A stretch of DNA of 64,000 bases from Bdellovibrionota bacterium (GTDB lineage: Bacteria; Bdellovibrionota; UBA1018; CAIPTA01; JAALKR01). Of this stretch, positions 39,767 to 51,976 are shown piece by piece. The notes under the pieces were generated by a model. That model was not told the DNA's origin. It saw nothing but the letters and a program-made list of their open reading frames with translations, and searched no databases. The DNA lies in the NCBI GenBank assembly GCA_965207455.1, contig CBDBMJ010000001.1, positions 512,001 to 576,000 of the forward strand. Direction: 5' to 3'. Both the position numbers and the translations under genes were made by a program. Position 1 is the stretch's first letter, and every line of letters starts with the position of its first letter.

Positions 39767-39810
39767 GAGGGGTATTTCCTTTCCTGTTTGTTCCGTTGTT
39801 TGTTCCGTTC

Positions 39811-40449
39811 TTATTCCATTTTTGCTGGGTTAAATTGAAATAAAGTCAAGGGCAGATTAACATTTAATTTCATATTTTTCAAAGCGATTTTTATTTGGTT
39901 GCCAGTTTCTTGGTGGAGCACTAGTTTTTCTATGAGGGATTTAGAGTTTACCGTCAGTTCCAGACGAAGGAGTCCATTCATTTCTTTTTTCGGTTGGAGG
40001 AATAGTGTATAGCTGTTTTTATTTGTTACTTTCTTTTTTATGGTAAAGGCTTCTTTTAGCTTTATGCTTCCGTCTAAGATACGAAGGAATACATAGTTTT
40101 TCAGGTAGTCGGCTGAATGCACGCTCACCTCGCCTTTGTGTTTTCCAGAATGGGCAGGGGAGTAATACCAAACTTTTTTTCCATTGGAGACCAGGAGTGA
40201 TTTTGTGGGTTTTTGCACTTCCCATCGTATTTTATGGGGCTTTTGTAAGTAAAGGATGCCGTGGCTCACTTTTGTGCGATCCAAGGTGGCCTGGAAAACG
40301 CTTTGGGTAAAGACTGCTTTTATGGAACCCAGATTTTTATAGAGTGTTTCCAATTTTAGTAGATCAGGTTTTTTCCCATAGACTTGGGAAGCTTGGGAGA
40401 TAATCAACAGGCCAAGAAGGACTGGAGCAAGAAAATAACGGATTTGCAT
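39811..40449 (-). CDS. lolA: Outer-membrane lipoprotein carrier LolA family protein
   Basis: Signal peptide; A.FTQ, G.LYLQKP..IRW, LVSNGKKVWYY, FQFNP. Confidence 0.85.
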   Translation of the reverse strand: MQIRYFLAPVLLGLLIISQASQVYGKKPDLLKLETLYKNLGSIKAVFTQSVFQATLDRTKVSHGILYLQKPHKIRWEVQKPTKSLLVSNGKKVWYYSPAHSGKHKGEVSVHSADYLKNYVFLRILDGSIKLKEAFTIKKKVTNKNSYTLFLQPKKEMNGLLRLELTVNSKSLIEKLVLHQETGNQIKIALKNMKLNVNLPLTLFQFNPAKME

Positions 40450-40456
40450 CTTTTCT

Positions 40457-42253
40457 TTAGCTCTCTACAAAGCTTTTTAGGAGTCGTACCCTCGATGAAT
40501 GGCGTAGCTTACGAAGAGCTTTTGCCTCAATCTGACGAATTCTTTCCCTAGTGACAAAAAAATCATGACCCACTTCTTCCAGCGTATGGTCGCTTTTTTC
40601 TCCGATACCGAATCGCATTCTTAGGACTTTCTCTTCCCGTGGCGTGAGTGTGGCAAGTACTTTTCTGGTTTGTTCCGATAGGTTAACGCTCATTACTGCC
40701 TCTGATGGGTTAATGATATTTTTATCTTCGAGGAAGTCGCATAGGTAGGAGTCCTCATCTTCACCAATGGGTGTTTCCAAAGAAATGGGTTCTTTTGCAA
40801 TTTTTAATACCTTACGGACCTTCTCCGTGGGCATGTGCATTTTCTCTGCAATTTCTTCCGGTGTGGCTTCCCGTCCCAGTACTTGAACCAGTTGTCGAGA
40901 TGTGCGCACCAACTTATTAATCGTTTCAATCATGTGCACTGGGATACGAATCGTACGAGCTTGGTCCGCAATGGCACGGGTGATGGCTTGACGAATCCAC
41001 CAAGTGGCGTAGGTGGAGAACTTATATCCTCTCCTGTACTCAAATTTATCCACGGCCTTCATGAGTCCAATATTTCCTTCTTGAATCAGGTCTAAAAACT
41101 GCAATCCCCGGTTGGTATATTTTTTGGCAATGGATACCACGAGGCGAAGGTTGGCTTCCACTAGTTCGCTTTTCGCTAAATCTGCTCGCCTTTCTCCACC
41201 AAGAACGGACTGGCATACTTTTTTTAGATCCTCGCCCTTTAGTCCAACCAAATCTTCTATTTCCTTGCATTTAATAAGGGCGTCTTGGTAGCGAGTAATG
41301 ATTTCTTCTATTCTCTTTTCGGTCACGTCCTGTTCTTTTAGTACATCTTGTTTGGAAGTTTCACTTCCCGTATAGGCAAGTAGTATTTTTTGCAAGTCCT
41401 CTTCTTTTTTTATTCCAAAAAATGCGAAGGTTTTTTTCACTTCATCCTTAACGCCTAAATATGCCCTGTCTATAGATCTGATTTCAGCTAAGAGTAGGTT
41501 AATTGTTTTTCGATTAAAGATAACAGAAAGGAAGTCTTTCATGATTTTTTCATTGAATTTTTCCAGATCTTTTTCTAATTTATCACGTTCCTTTGGAGGT
41601 TTTGTTTTCGCTTCTTCTTTTTGCTTCAGGTATCCGACTTTCTCTTTGAGTGCATCAATGGAAACAGCTAGCCTTGCCTTGTGAGCGCGTTCGTCCTCTT
41701 CGGAAAGCTCTTCGTCAACTCCCCGTATAACATCCTTCACACGAAGCTGACCATCGGCCACCTGTTTGGCTAAAGATAGGATTATATTTACTCCAAGTTT
41801 GCACGCCACTAAGGAGCATATAATTTCTTCTTCACCCTTCTCAATTCGCTTGGCAATTACCACCTCTCCTTCTCTTGTGAGAAGGGAGACACTGCCCATT
41901 TTTCGTAAGTATAGTTTTACTGGGTCCCCTGGCTTAGCACCTGTTTCAGTGCCCGTGACTTTCTTTCCTTTCGACGGAGTTCCCACTGTGCTCTCAGGTC
42001 TGGTGTTCTCCGGAGTGTTTTCTGTTTCAGCGGGTTTTGCTTTGTATACGTCAGATATTTCAATGTCGTTATCCATGAGGAAGTTCATGACGGCATCAAT
42101 ATCTTCCATTTTTGTTATTTCAGGTGGGATGAGGTCGTGGAGTTCTACGTAGGTGAGAATGCCCCGACTTCTTCCAAGCTCTAAAAGTTTTTTGACTTCT
42201 TTTTCTTTTAAGAAAGACAAAGATTTATAAATTTTATTTTTATTTTTAATCAT
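40457..42253 (-). CDS. rpoD: RNA polymerase primary sigma factor RpoD
   Basis: [45 protein letters not shown]; region 1.1 present. Confidence 0.98.
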   Translation of the reverse strand: MIKNKNKIYKSLSFLKEKEVKKLLELGRSRGILTYVELHDLIPPEITKMEDIDAVMNFLMDNDIEISDVYKAKPAETENTPENTRPESTVGTPSKGKKVTGTETGAKPGDPVKLYLRKMGSVSLLTREGEVVIAKRIEKGEEEIICSLVACKLGVNIILSLAKQVADGQLRVKDVIRGVDEELSEEDERAHKARLAVSIDALKEKVGYLKQKEEAKTKPPKERDKLEKDLEKFNEKIMKDFLSVIFNRKTINLLLAEIRSIDRAYLGVKDEVKKTFAFFGIKKEEDLQKILLAYTGSETSKQDVLKEQDVTEKRIEEIITRYQDALIKCKEIEDLVGLKGEDLKKVCQSVLGGERRADLAKSELVEANLRLVVSIAKKYTNRGLQFLDLIQEGNIGLMKAVDKFEYRRGYKFSTYATWWIRQAITRAIADQARTIRIPVHMIETINKLVRTSRQLVQVLGREATPEEIAEKMHMPTEKVRKVLKIAKEPISLETPIGEDEDSYLCDFLEDKNIINPSEAVMSVNLSEQTRKVLATLTPREEKVLRMRFGIGEKSDHTLEEVGHDFFVTRERIRQIEAKALRKLRHSSRVRLLKSFVES

Positions 42254-44174
42254 TTAATTTCTCCAGTCTTATTTTCAATTCCTTTATTGCCATAATCAGT
42301 TCCTTTTGAAGCGCTTTATACTTACTTATATTTCCCTCAAGTTCTGCTTGGTGAATCGCTAGGTTCATTTTTTTTCGGTTGCGATGGGATTCCTGTATAT
42401 ATAGTTTTTGTAACGCATGTTTTAATAACGGCTCTTCTCCTTCTCTCACCACTCCTTTTTGAGGAACGGTGGCTAGTGCAATTACATTACGCAGTTGCGT
42501 TTTATTGCGGGCACTTAAGTTCTCCATCAGATCTCCAAGGCGCGCGTTTTCTGTCTCCCCGTCTCGTAGTGGCTGGATCAAAAAATTCACTGCCTGGCTA
42601 ATCTCTTCATTTTCTAAAAAGGGTGCCAATACGAGAGCATCTTTTTGAAAGCGTTCCCTTAACTCTGGCAACCACTTGGAATATCCGAATAGATAGCTTA
42701 AAAACTGTATCTCAAATCGCCGCTCAAACCTATTTTTATCACTTTGTGCTAGAAAAGTCTTCATTTTTTGTGACGCGGCTGGTTTTTTTTGGGTATTTTT
42801 TTGGGTATTTGGCATGTTTTTTGCCTTTTTTCTGTGTTTTCCCCAAACGGTCGCCTCCACAAGGGCTTCCTCCAAAAGGAGACGGTTGGCTATATTGGAA
42901 ATTCTAGCCTGAATCCACAGGGGATCCTTCAAATACCCTAACTTTTCTCCTATCCGATTTAAGCAATCCACCCTGCTTTGTAGGGATTTAGCGCACGATC
43001 CTATCTCTCCATCTATCCATGTATCAATGGTGGCAGGGGCATGGTGAATGAGCTTTCTTAGCTTGGCAGGGCCTGCGCTTCCATGGGTTTTTAGGAACTC
43101 GTCGGGGTCTTTGCTATCGGGTAGGAATAGGGAGGTTAGGGGAAAGCCTGAGATTTGTAAAAATAAATCCATGCTGCGAAGAGCGGCTTTTTTTCCTGCC
43201 GTATCGGCGTCATAAATACTGATTATCGGATTGTCCGAACGGGAAAGAAAATGGACATGGTGGGAGGTGAGACTGGTTCCCAGCATGGCCACCACATTGG
43301 GTATTCCTGCCTGATCCATGGCAATACAGTCCATATAGCCCTCCACTAAAATGGTGGATTGTTTTTCCCTCAGGTGTCGTCTCGCCCGGTCCCAGTTATA
43401 GAGTAACTCACCCTTTTTATAGATGGAGGACTCGGAGCTGTTGAGGTATTTTGCTGGGTCTTGGGGGTCTAGGGTTCGTCCGCCAAAGCCCACAATTTCC
43501 CCTGTTCCGTTCCGAATGGGAAATATAATGCGGTTGCGAAAAGCGTCGTAAAGATTCGCTGTATTGGGATTTCCTTTCGACTGAGAGTCGTTGTTTTTTG
43601 TGGATTTTTTCAGGAGTCCCAGCTCCAGTGCTAAGGGTAGGGGAGCTTTAATACGAACGAGAAAGTTGCGTAGTTGATTCCAAGAAGGGGGAGCAAACCC
43701 TAAACCAAAATTTCTCTGGCTTGTGAGGGATACGCCTCGTTGGGTTAGGTATTTTTTGGCACCTGCGCCTTCTTTGGATTCCAGTTGTTCTTGAAAAAAG
43801 TTTGCTACATAGCGATTGAGTTTATAGGCGCGTAGTTCTGCTTGTTTTTTATCACTATTGACGCCGACCCTGGACTCCAATGCATTTTTGGGTATGAAAA
43901 TCCCCTTTTTTTCTGCCAGCCAAGCTAGGGCTTCTTGGAAGTCCAAGCCCCTGGTTTGTACAATAAAATCAATGACATCGCCGCCCTGGTTGGTGCTAAA
44001 GCAGTAGTAGAGTTGGAGGTCCGGGTTAACAAAAAAAGAAGGGCTTTTTTCCTGAGAAAAGGGGGAGAGTCCTTTGAGACGGTTTCCAGCTTGTTTCAAT
44101 TGAACCTGTTCCCCAATGATATCAACAATATTTGTAGATACCTTAATCTTTTGTATTAACTCTTTTGTTGCCAT
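42246..44174 (-). CDS. dnaG: DNA primase
   Basis: Zinc-finger-like N-terminus (SPF..EKSPSF, YYCFS), [37 protein letters not shown]. Confidence 0.97.
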   Translation of the reverse strand: MATKELIQKIKVSTNIVDIIGEQVQLKQAGNRLKGLSPFSQEKSPSFFVNPDLQLYYCFSTNQGGDVIDFIVQTRGLDFQEALAWLAEKKGIFIPKNALESRVGVNSDKKQAELRAYKLNRYVANFFQEQLESKEGAGAKKYLTQRGVSLTSQRNFGLGFAPPSWNQLRNFLVRIKAPLPLALELGLLKKSTKNNDSQSKGNPNTANLYDAFRNRIIFPIRNGTGEIVGFGGRTLDPQDPAKYLNSSESSIYKKGELLYNWDRARRHLREKQSTILVEGYMDCIAMDQAGIPNVVAMLGTSLTSHHVHFLSRSDNPIISIYDADTAGKKAALRSMDLFLQISGFPLTSLFLPDSKDPDEFLKTHGSAGPAKLRKLIHHAPATIDTWIDGEIGSCAKSLQSRVDCLNRIGEKLGYLKDPLWIQARISNIANRLLLEEALVEATVWGKHRKKAKNMPNTQKNTQKKPAASQKMKTFLAQSDKNRFERRFEIQFLSYLFGYSKWLPELRERFQKDALVLAPFLENEEISQAVNFLIQPLRDGETENARLGDLMENLSARNKTQLRNVIALATVPQKGVVREGEEPLLKHALQKLYIQESHRNRKKMNLAIHQAELEGNISKYKALQKELIMAIKELKIRLEKLND

Positions 44175-44180
44175 AGTCGC

Positions 44181-44624
44181 CTATTTTAATTTTTCTCGCA
44201 CCAAGCTGCTTAGTTTTTTACCGTCCACCTGACCCATAAATTTCTCTGTTATGGTTTTCATTACAGTGCCCATGTCTTTGAGGCTGGATGCGCCCGTTTC
44301 CTTTATTGCCGTTGCAATTTCTTTTTCCACTTCTTCGGGGGTGAGGGGTTTGGGTAGGTAGGATCGTATAATGGCGAGCTCTGCTGTATCTTTTTCCACA
44401 AGGTCGGGTCGATTGCCTTGGGTAAATAGGTCGATGGACTCCGCATACTTTTTTGCCATCCCGTTGAGTAGGGATAGTAATATGGGGTCGTCGAGTTCTT
44501 TGCCAAGGGCAATTTCCTTATTTTTAACGGCAGCATGGATTAGGCGAATCACGCCGACTCGTTGGGTTTCTCGAGCCTTCATTGCCACGATCAAATCCGC
44601 TTTCAGTTTTGATTTAATGGACAA
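44181..44624 (-). CDS. GatB/YqeY domain protein
   Basis: AMKA, R.DL....E..I...YLP, KDMG.VM, DGK; position between rpsU and dnaG. Confidence 0.93.
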   Translation of the reverse strand: MSIKSKLKADLIVAMKARETQRVGVIRLIHAAVKNKEIALGKELDDPILLSLLNGMAKKYAESIDLFTQGNRPDLVEKDTAELAIIRSYLPKPLTPEEVEKEIATAIKETGASSLKDMGTVMKTITEKFMGQVDGKKLSSLVREKLK

Positions 44625-44647
44625 GATGCCTCCTCAAATCAATATGT

Positions 44648-44863
44648 TTATGTTTCGTTTCTACTACTGCTGGTACGTTGCTGTTTTTCCCCGCGTTTGC
44701 GAGCAGCAATAGATTTTTTCTTTCGTTTTACACTGGGTTTTTCATACGCTTCTCGCTTACGAACCTCAGCTAAAAGACCGGATCTTTCGCAAAGTTTCTT
44801 AAACCGTCGTAGGGCAGATTCAAATGACTCTCCGTCATAAAGTCGAATAGTTGGTTTGTCCAT
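44648..44863 (-). CDS. rpsU: 30S ribosomal protein S21
   Basis: [23 protein letters not shown]. Confidence 0.97.
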   Translation of the reverse strand: MDKPTIRLYDGESFESALRRFKKLCERSGLLAEVRKREAYEKPSVKRKKKSIAARKRGEKQQRTSSSRNET

Positions 44864-44918
44864 ATTTAGTAATCACCTGCCTTACTATAGGCAAAAATAG
44901 GAGGATTCTCTGGGAATG

Positions 44919-45323
44919 TCAACGTTTTCTCTTATAGAAATAGCCTTGGCGCCCAGCAATGGGAAGTCCTCTGCCATCTATTTGAAATTCAAAGAGATTT
45001 CCAGTATCTGCGCCACAGACCAGGACTCGCATTTTCCCGTCATGGCGAGTTCGGGCCTTGAAAATACGTAGTCCTAGGCGTTTAAGGATCCTTTTTTCTC
45101 TTTCCAGGGACTCACCCTTTTTGATTCCACAGGACTTTGAGCCGTCTGGCTTATAGATCCATACTCGACCCTTTACTGGCTCTAGCTTTTGGATTTTTTT
45201 CTCCTCTAGTGCTGGAAACATGGAAATGGACTGTTGGGGAGTGGAGCAAGTCGCAAAAAACAGGACTAAAAATGGGACGAAAAAACAGATGTAAAACATT
45301 CTCATGACAAAATACCTTACCAT
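44919..45323 (-). CDS. Small Cys-containing hypothetical lipoprotein
   Basis: Hydrophobic leader ending FAT-C; KPDGSKSCG and VCGADTG segments. Confidence 0.7.
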   Translation of the reverse strand: MVRYFVMRMFYICFFVPFLVLFFATCSTPQQSISMFPALEEKKIQKLEPVKGRVWIYKPDGSKSCGIKKGESLEREKRILKRLGLRIFKARTRHDGKMRVLVCGADTGNLFEFQIDGRGLPIAGRQGYFYKRKR

Positions 45324-45373
45324 CTTCTCTAATATCTTGCAAAGCCTGTAGAGGGGGTTATGATCAGAATTGT

Positions 45374-47686
45374 ATGTCGAATGAAGAAGAAGTACTGAAA
45401 TACCACTCCCAATGGCCCCGGGGCAAGATTGAAATAAACCCCACCAAGCCCTGTATTACGTCAAGGGATTTGTCCTTGGCCTATTCTCCAGGTGTGGCTG
45501 TCCCCTGTGTACATATTGCCAAAAATCCCAACGATGTATACAAGTATACTGCCAAGGGAAATTTGGTGGGTGTGGTTTCCAATGGAACTGCGGTTCTGGG
45601 TTTGGGAAATATAGGGCCTTTGGCAGCCAAGCCGGTGATGGAGGGTAAGGGTGTTTTATTTAAGAAGTTTGCAGACATTGATGTCTTTGATATTGAGCTC
45701 AATACTACAAGCAAAGAAGAAGTGGTCCAGGCTTGTAAATTCTTAGAGCCGACCTTTGGAGGAATTAATTTAGAAGATATTAAGGCCCCAGAGTGCTTTT
45801 ATATAGAGGAGCAACTACGAAAAACGCTATCGATTCCCGTTTTTCATGACGACCAACATGGCACTGCTGTCATTGCTGGTGCTGCCTTTATCAATGCTGT
45901 AGAGATTACGGGCAAGGATATTAAAAAAATGAGAGCAGTGTTCTCTGGTGCGGGTGCTGCAGCCATTGCTTGTGCGGGTATTTTGGTTTCTCTTGGTTTG
46001 AAAAAAGAAAATATTATTTTATGTGATTCTAAGGGTGTGGTTTATAAGGGTCGAGGAGAGGGAATGAATCCCTACAAAGAGCGTTTTGCGGTGGACACGA
46101 AGCTACGTACTTTGGAAGAGGCCATGAAGGGTGCCGATGCTTTTTTAGGTGTGAGTGCAGCGGGGTTATTGAGTGATCAAATGGTAAAATCCATGGCAAA
46201 AAAGCCCATTATATTTGCCATGGCCAACCCGGAGCCTGAAATCCTTCCCTCTAGGGCAAAGAAAGTTCGTTCCGACGTGATTATTGCCACAGGGCGATCC
46301 GACTTTCCCAACCAAGTGAATAATGTACTCTGCTTTCCTTTTATTTTTCGTGGAGCTTTAGATGTGTATGCAAAGTCTATCAATGAGGAGATGAAGTTAG
46401 CGGCTGTGCATGCTTTAGCCAAACTAGCAAAAGAGCCGGTGCCTGAGTTAATTGCAAGCATATACGGTGGTCATCATTTTAGTTTTGGTCCTGAGTATTT
46501 AATTCCCAAGCCCTTTGATCCCAGGGTGCTCCTGTGGGTGGCGCCTGCGGTGGCAAAAGCAGCCATGGATTCGGGTGTGGCTCGTGAACCTATAGAGAAT
46601 ATAGAGGAGTATAAGGAAAAGTTAGAGCAGAGAATGGGAAATAATTTTATGGTGGCCATGCGATCGTTACGCAATACGGTTCGTAAGAGAACAGCGGAGC
46701 GCAAAGTAGCTCCAAAAATTGTTTTTCCAGAGGGGGATAGTGAAACCATTCTTCGTGCCTGTAGAATTGTGAAAGAAGAGGGAATAGCCACTCCCATATT
46801 ATTAGGAGATGAAAAGCATATCCGGGGTTTAATAGAGGAGTACAAGCTGACTCGTTTAAGGGATGTTACCATCATTGATCCGAAGAAATCGGAAAAGGCA
46901 GAGCACTATGCCAGGGTGTTTGCTAAAAAAAGAGAGCGTAAGGGGATGACGTTTGTTACAGCGGAAAAGAGTCTCAAGCGGAGAAATTATTTTGGTCCAA
47001 TGATGGTGGAAGTGGGAGATGCGGATGGGGTGATCAACGGAATTAGCCAAAGTTATCCTGAGGCGATTCGTCCCATGGTAACGACCATTGGTGCTAAGCC
47101 GGGGCACCGTCTTGCAGGTATTTACATTATGAACTGTAAGTCTCGAATACTATTTTTTGCAGACACTACAGTGAATATTGATATTTCCGCAAGAGAGTTA
47201 GCCGGTATTGCTTTAGAGACTTCTAAAATAGCGAGAAACTTTTTACAGACGGAGCCCAGAGTGGCCATGTTATCTTTTTCTAACTTTGGATCGGCTCCAT
47301 CTGCGGAGACAAGAAAAGTACGGGAAGCGATGGAGTATTTAAGGGAATTGGACCCGGAGTTAATTGTGGACGGAGAGATGCAAGTGGATACGGCGATTTC
47401 TCCGGATGTGGCAAGCAGAATTTTCCCCTTCTCTAAAATCCAGGGAAATGCCAATGTGCTTATTTTTCCCAATCTTGCTTCGGCTAATATTTCTTATAAG
47501 CTTTTACTGCGCTTAGGGGGAGCCGAGTCCATTGGTCCCATTTTGATTGGAATGAACAAACCGGTGAATGTACTACAACGGGTTTCCACGGTTCAGGACG
47601 TGGTGAACATGACGACAATAACAGCAATGAGGGTCCATATTGCGGATACAGTGAAAAATGAAAAAAGAAGTCATACAAACAGCTAA
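45374..47686 (+). CDS. maeB: NADP-dependent malic enzyme with C-terminal phosphotransacetylase-like domain
   Basis: [46 protein letters not shown]-like [20 protein letters not shown]. Confidence 0.97.
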   Translation: MSNEEEVLKYHSQWPRGKIEINPTKPCITSRDLSLAYSPGVAVPCVHIAKNPNDVYKYTAKGNLVGVVSNGTAVLGLGNIGPLAAKPVMEGKGVLFKKFADIDVFDIELNTTSKEEVVQACKFLEPTFGGINLEDIKAPECFYIEEQLRKTLSIPVFHDDQHGTAVIAGAAFINAVEITGKDIKKMRAVFSGAGAAAIACAGILVSLGLKKENIILCDSKGVVYKGRGEGMNPYKERFAVDTKLRTLEEAMKGADAFLGVSAAGLLSDQMVKSMAKKPIIFAMANPEPEILPSRAKKVRSDVIIATGRSDFPNQVNNVLCFPFIFRGALDVYAKSINEEMKLAAVHALAKLAKEPVPELIASIYGGHHFSFGPEYLIPKPFDPRVLLWVAPAVAKAAMDSGVAREPIENIEEYKEKLEQRMGNNFMVAMRSLRNTVRKRTAERKVAPKIVFPEGDSETILRACRIVKEEGIATPILLGDEKHIRGLIEEYKLTRLRDVTIIDPKKSEKAEHYARVFAKKRERKGMTFVTAEKSLKRRNYFGPMMVEVGDADGVINGISQSYPEAIRPMVTTIGAKPGHRLAGIYIMNCKSRILFFADTTVNIDISARELAGIALETSKIARNFLQTEPRVAMLSFSNFGSAPSAETRKVREAMEYLRELDPELIVDGEMQVDTAISPDVASRIFPFSKIQGNANVLIFPNLASANISYKLLLRLGGAESIGPILIGMNKPVNVLQRVSTVQDVVNMTTITAMRVHIADTVKNEKRSHTNS

Positions 47687-48047
47687 AGCGCCCAAGGCCA
47701 TTGGTCCATATTCTCAGGGCGTTGTTGTATCCGATCAGAAAAAAACTATTTTTTTCTCCGGTCAAATTGCCCTTGATCCCCAAACAGGGGAATTTATTTC
47801 CCAAGGGATAGAGGGGGAGACCAAGCAAGTTTTAAAGAATATTTCCGCTTTATTAGAGGAGGTGGGTGCCGAGTTTCATCATATTATAAAAACCACTATT
47901 TTTTTAAAAAGCATGGAAGACTTCCAGACCGTCAATGTGATTTATGGAGAGTACTTTACGTTAGAGCCACCAGCCAGATCCACTGTGGAGGTTTCTTGCT
48001 TGCCTAAGAATGCTTTAGTGGAAATAGAGTGTATTGTGGTGATGTAG
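47658..48047 (+). CDS. ridA: RidA/YjgF family enamine deaminase
   Basis: APKAIGPYSQ, SGQI, PPARSTVEV..LP..ALVEIE. Confidence 0.93.
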   Translation: MKKEVIQTAKAPKAIGPYSQGVVVSDQKKTIFFSGQIALDPQTGEFISQGIEGETKQVLKNISALLEEVGAEFHHIIKTTIFLKSMEDFQTVNVIYGEYFTLEPPARSTVEVSCLPKNALVEIECIVVM

Positions 48048-48056
48048 GGAAAGTGT

Positions 48057-48971
48057 ATGAGTAAAGCAACGGGAAAAAGAATTGGCATTGTATTGAAATA
48101 TAAAATCGATCATGCCAATAAGTTAGCAGGGGAATCCATCCAGTGGTTGTTGGATAGAAACTGTGACATTGTTATTGATAAAGAGGCTAGCCATTTGTGT
48201 GAAAAGTTTCCACAAGCCAAGCACTTGTCCAAGTCGTCTATTCCCGAAGCCACTGATCTTATTTTAGTTTTTGGAGGGGATGGAACGTTTTTAAGTATTG
48301 CTCGTCAAATGCGCAAGCACTCCACTCCCATACTTGGTATCAATATGGGTCAGTTGGGGTTTCTCACGGAAACGCCTGTGGAAAAAGTGGGGCTTGCTTT
48401 GGAGAGTATTCTTTCGGGCGAGTATGAGATTCAGGATCGAACCATGCTTTCTGCCACAGTGTTGCGTGATGGAAAGACGGTTCTTACTCAGCCGGCGCTA
48501 AATGATGCGGTTATTACCAATAATGGTATTGCTCGGATATTGGACTTGCACTTAAAAATTGATTCTGTACCTGTGGCCTCCATTAAAGCCGACGGGCTTA
48601 TTTTTTCCACTCCAACGGGTTCCACGGCCTATAGTTTGGCAGCTGGAGGGCCTATTATTCATCCCTGTATGTCTGCGCTTACGATTGTGGCGATTTGCCC
48701 CCACAGCTTGACAGTGCGTCCTATTGTGGTGCCCGATACCTCACACATTGAGGTGAATATAGGTCAAAAAGGTGGGCGTTTCGTATTGACCTTAGACGGG
48801 CAATTTGGTTACGATTTAAACTCTGAGGACACCTTGGTGGTCACACGATACATGGATCATCCTTTAAAGATAATTCGCATGGTGGGGCATGATTTTTTTG
48901 AGACTTTACGAGAGAAATTAAAGCTGGGTGCCCGAGGAGAAAACAAAGGGGAAGACACGGGAGGAAAATAA
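48057..48971 (+). CDS. nadK: NAD(+) kinase
   Basis: GGDGT, GQLGFL, LND, DG...STPTGSTAYSLAAGGP. Confidence 0.97.
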   Translation: MSKATGKRIGIVLKYKIDHANKLAGESIQWLLDRNCDIVIDKEASHLCEKFPQAKHLSKSSIPEATDLILVFGGDGTFLSIARQMRKHSTPILGINMGQLGFLTETPVEKVGLALESILSGEYEIQDRTMLSATVLRDGKTVLTQPALNDAVITNNGIARILDLHLKIDSVPVASIKADGLIFSTPTGSTAYSLAAGGPIIHPCMSALTIVAICPHSLTVRPIVVPDTSHIEVNIGQKGGRFVLTLDGQFGYDLNSEDTLVVTRYMDHPLKIIRMVGHDFFETLREKLKLGARGENKGEDTGGK

Positions 48972-48974
48972 ACG

Positions 48975-50669
48975 ATGCTAAAACTTCTACGAATACAAAA
49001 CTTTGCCATCATAGAGAACATGGAGATTGAGTTCGGAACGGGACTAAATATTTTTTCTGGGGAAACGGGCGCAGGAAAATCCATTGTAATGGAAGCCTTA
49101 AACATGATTTTAGGTGGGAGGGCTTCTTCCAATATTATTCGCCAGGGAGCTGAGTCTGCTTCTGTAGAGGCGTTGTTTGAAATAGAGGACAAGTCTTTCC
49201 TTGCAGGAGTGTTGGAATCTTCTGGTATTTCTTTTGATGAAGAAAAATTCATTGTACGTAGGGTGATTCAGCCTTCAGGTAAGAGTAGGGCTTATATTAA
49301 TAATTCCATGGCCAGCCTTCAAACATTGCAGCAAATCACAGCGCCCTTTGTGGATATTTGTAGTCAAGGGGACCAGCAATTATTGGTAAAGTCAGAGGAG
49401 CAACTCCTGTGGTTGGATCGTTATGGAGACCTTACGGATTTGCGCAACTTTGTAAAAGAAAGGTTTATGCTTTGGAAAGAAAGGTTGGGGGCATTGAAGA
49501 AATTGGAAGCGGATTCCACGGACCGTGCCCAAAGAATAGATTTCTTAAAATTTCAATTAAAAGAACTCAATGAAGCAGAATTATCTAATCCTAATGAAGA
49601 CGAAGAAATTAAGCAGGAGTTGGAAGTTCTTTCTAACTCGGAAACCTTATGTGCTTTTGCCAAAGAGTCGGAAGCGGCTATTTATGGTATAGATGATTCC
49701 CAAAAATCTATGTTAGACGTTTTAAATGGATTGGTGCAAAAGGCAGAAAGTTTAGTAAAAACCGATCCAAAATTAACTCCAGCATACGAGTTAATGAATT
49801 CCTTAAAAGTTACGGTGGAGGAGGCTGGTTATTTCTTTCGAGACTATACAAAGAGTATTGTTGTTGACGAATCTCGCCTAGAAGAGCTCAATATTCGTTA
49901 TAATATATTAAATCAATTAAAGAGGAAATACGGTCCAGAGTTAGAAAAGGTAATGGCTTCTAGGGATAGGTTTACAGAGGAGTTGCAGTCCTTTGAAAAT
50001 CACAAGGAGTCTTCGCAAATTGCTAAGGCAGCAGTTCATGAGTCTAGGGAGTTATTGGATACGGAAGCCCGGGTTTTATCAGAAAAAAGAAGTGTGGTTT
50101 CTAGAGCTTTCGGTCAGGATGTGGAAAAGGAGCTTTCCGAATTGAATATGTTAGAGGCTCGCTTTATTGTGGATGTGAATACATTGGAAGACCCTACGGT
50201 AAATGGTACTAACAGGGTGGAATACAAAATTGCAGCCAATCCGGGAGAGCTTCCACAAGCCATACAAAAGGTGGCCTCAGGTGGAGAGTTGAGTAGGATT
50301 ATGCTTGCTCTACATAATGTGCTTTCCGCAAAAGATAGAATACATCTTTATCTATTCGATGAGGTGGATGCTGGCATTGGGGGTAAAACAGCGGCCACAG
50401 TAGGAAAAAAGCTCCAGCAAGTAGCAAAAAACAATCAAGTAATTTGCATCACCCACTTACCTCAGGTGGCTTGTTTTGCTAATCATCATTTTCGTGTGGA
50501 GAAGTCTATCGAAGAAAAAAATGGAGAAGCGCGAACTATTTGTTCCGTGCTTTCTTTGAAAAAAGAGGATCGCACTCTAGAGATTGCTCGTATGCTCAGT
50601 GGCGTGGAAAATGATGAAAAAGCATTGGCCAATGCGGAGTCCATGCTTTCCAATTCCCATGCCAACTGA
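48975..50669 (+). CDS. recN: DNA repair protein RecN
   Basis: SGETGAGKS, coiled coil, ASGGELSR, FDEVDAGIGG, ITHLPQVA. Confidence 0.97.
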   Translation: MLKLLRIQNFAIIENMEIEFGTGLNIFSGETGAGKSIVMEALNMILGGRASSNIIRQGAESASVEALFEIEDKSFLAGVLESSGISFDEEKFIVRRVIQPSGKSRAYINNSMASLQTLQQITAPFVDICSQGDQQLLVKSEEQLLWLDRYGDLTDLRNFVKERFMLWKERLGALKKLEADSTDRAQRIDFLKFQLKELNEAELSNPNEDEEIKQELEVLSNSETLCAFAKESEAAIYGIDDSQKSMLDVLNGLVQKAESLVKTDPKLTPAYELMNSLKVTVEEAGYFFRDYTKSIVVDESRLEELNIRYNILNQLKRKYGPELEKVMASRDRFTEELQSFENHKESSQIAKAAVHESRELLDTEARVLSEKRSVVSRAFGQDVEKELSELNMLEARFIVDVNTLEDPTVNGTNRVEYKIAANPGELPQAIQKVASGGELSRIMLALHNVLSAKDRIHLYLFDEVDAGIGGKTAATVGKKLQQVAKNNQVICITHLPQVACFANHHFRVEKSIEEKNGEARTICSVLSLKKEDRTLEIARMLSGVENDEKALANAESMLSNSHAN

Positions 50670-51792
50670 TCTTTTGAAAATTACAATTAAGGATAGTTTT
50701 AAAAATATTTATGTGCACCTGCCGTTTTGTCAAATCATTTGCCATTACTGTGATTTTTATGTAGCAAAAGTTAAGAACACCAATCAGGACAGATTCTTCC
50801 AGGCCTTAGATAGGGAGCTTGCCCTATGGGACGAAATAAAAAACCCAATAGAAACAATTTATTTAGGTGGTGGCACCCCGAGTGAATCTCCAGTTACAGC
50901 TGTTGAGCACTTTCTCCAGCAACTCCTTCCCAAGGCTCATCCCGACGTGGAAGTAACCATGGAAGTAAATCCAACTTCGGTAACAGAGGAAAAGCTCCAG
51001 CAATGGAGGTCCATGGGTATTAATCGTCTCAGTATGGGAGTGCAAAGTCTTACGGACAAACATTTGAAAAGATTGGGGCGGGGTCATTCTTCCCAGGAAG
51101 CTCTCCATGCTCTTCATCTTGCCACGAAATATTTTAAAAATATTTCTGTGGATTTAATTTACGGGATTCCTGAACAATCTATTTCTGAATTGAAGGCGGA
51201 TATTTTAAAGCTTTGTGCTTTTCCTATTGCACACCTATCTGCCTACACTCTTACGCTTAAGTCTGAGCACTTTCTCTATACTAGGCTTCCTTCCGGTGAT
51301 ATTGCCATGGATCAGGCAAATGCCATTTGTCAAACCTTGGAGTCTTTGGGTTGGAACCAGTATGAGGTTTCTAATTTTTCCCGTCCTGGTTGTCGTTCTC
51401 GTCATAATGAGAACTATTGGTCTGGAAACTCTTATTTAGGGTTGGGTCCGTCTGCCCATAGTTTTAATGGGGAATCTATGCGTTGGAAAAATGTTTCCAA
51501 TTGGAAGCAATATTGTGAAGAATTGGAGAACAATGAATTGCCCATTGTTGAGCTAGAGACGCTTAGTGAAAAAGAAAAAATCACTGAATATTTGCTTACG
51601 AAGTTTCGTCACATAAATGGGTTTCATAATGGGGATTTTCATGAACGGTTTGGAGTTGACCTTTTTCTTCAGAAGCAGGATGTTTTTCGAGAGATGGAAG
51701 CTATTGGTTTGGGAAAGAAAAATAAAGAACATTGGAAGCCAACCTTTCGTGGGCTTATGTTGGGAGAGGAAATCATTTTAAAACTTCTTTAG
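50659..51792 (+). CDS. hemW: Radical SAM heme chaperone HemW (HemN-like)
   Basis: YVHLPFC..IC.YCDF, GGGTPS, YEVSNF, HNENYW, YLGLGPSAHS; ATG at 50659 preferred over the track's 50584. Confidence 0.9.
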   Translation: MPTDLLKITIKDSFKNIYVHLPFCQIICHYCDFYVAKVKNTNQDRFFQALDRELALWDEIKNPIETIYLGGGTPSESPVTAVEHFLQQLLPKAHPDVEVTMEVNPTSVTEEKLQQWRSMGINRLSMGVQSLTDKHLKRLGRGHSSQEALHALHLATKYFKNISVDLIYGIPEQSISELKADILKLCAFPIAHLSAYTLTLKSEHFLYTRLPSGDIAMDQANAICQTLESLGWNQYEVSNFSRPGCRSRHNENYWSGNSYLGLGPSAHSFNGESMRWKNVSNWKQYCEELENNELPIVELETLSEKEKITEYLLTKFRHINGFHNGDFHERFGVDLFLQKQDVFREMEAIGLGKKNKEHWKPTFRGLMLGEEIILKLL

Positions 51793-51976
51793 TTACCTTT
51801 TTCAGTATTCCGCTACTTTATCTGCAATACATTTTTTTTGATACCTGTACCTTGTATCTTGATACTTGTGTGCGGTATTTAAACGGAATTTGTTTGCACT
51901 TTTTTTTTCATATTTTTCGTGCTACAATTGTTAAATAAAGTAAACTTTTTGTTTTTTTAACAAAGGGAGAGGAACT

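Noticed and set aside
39785..39808. 12-bp direct repeat TGTTTGTTCCGT x2 between lolA and yajQ
   Set aside because: Only two copies; most likely a local slippage duplication with no evident function
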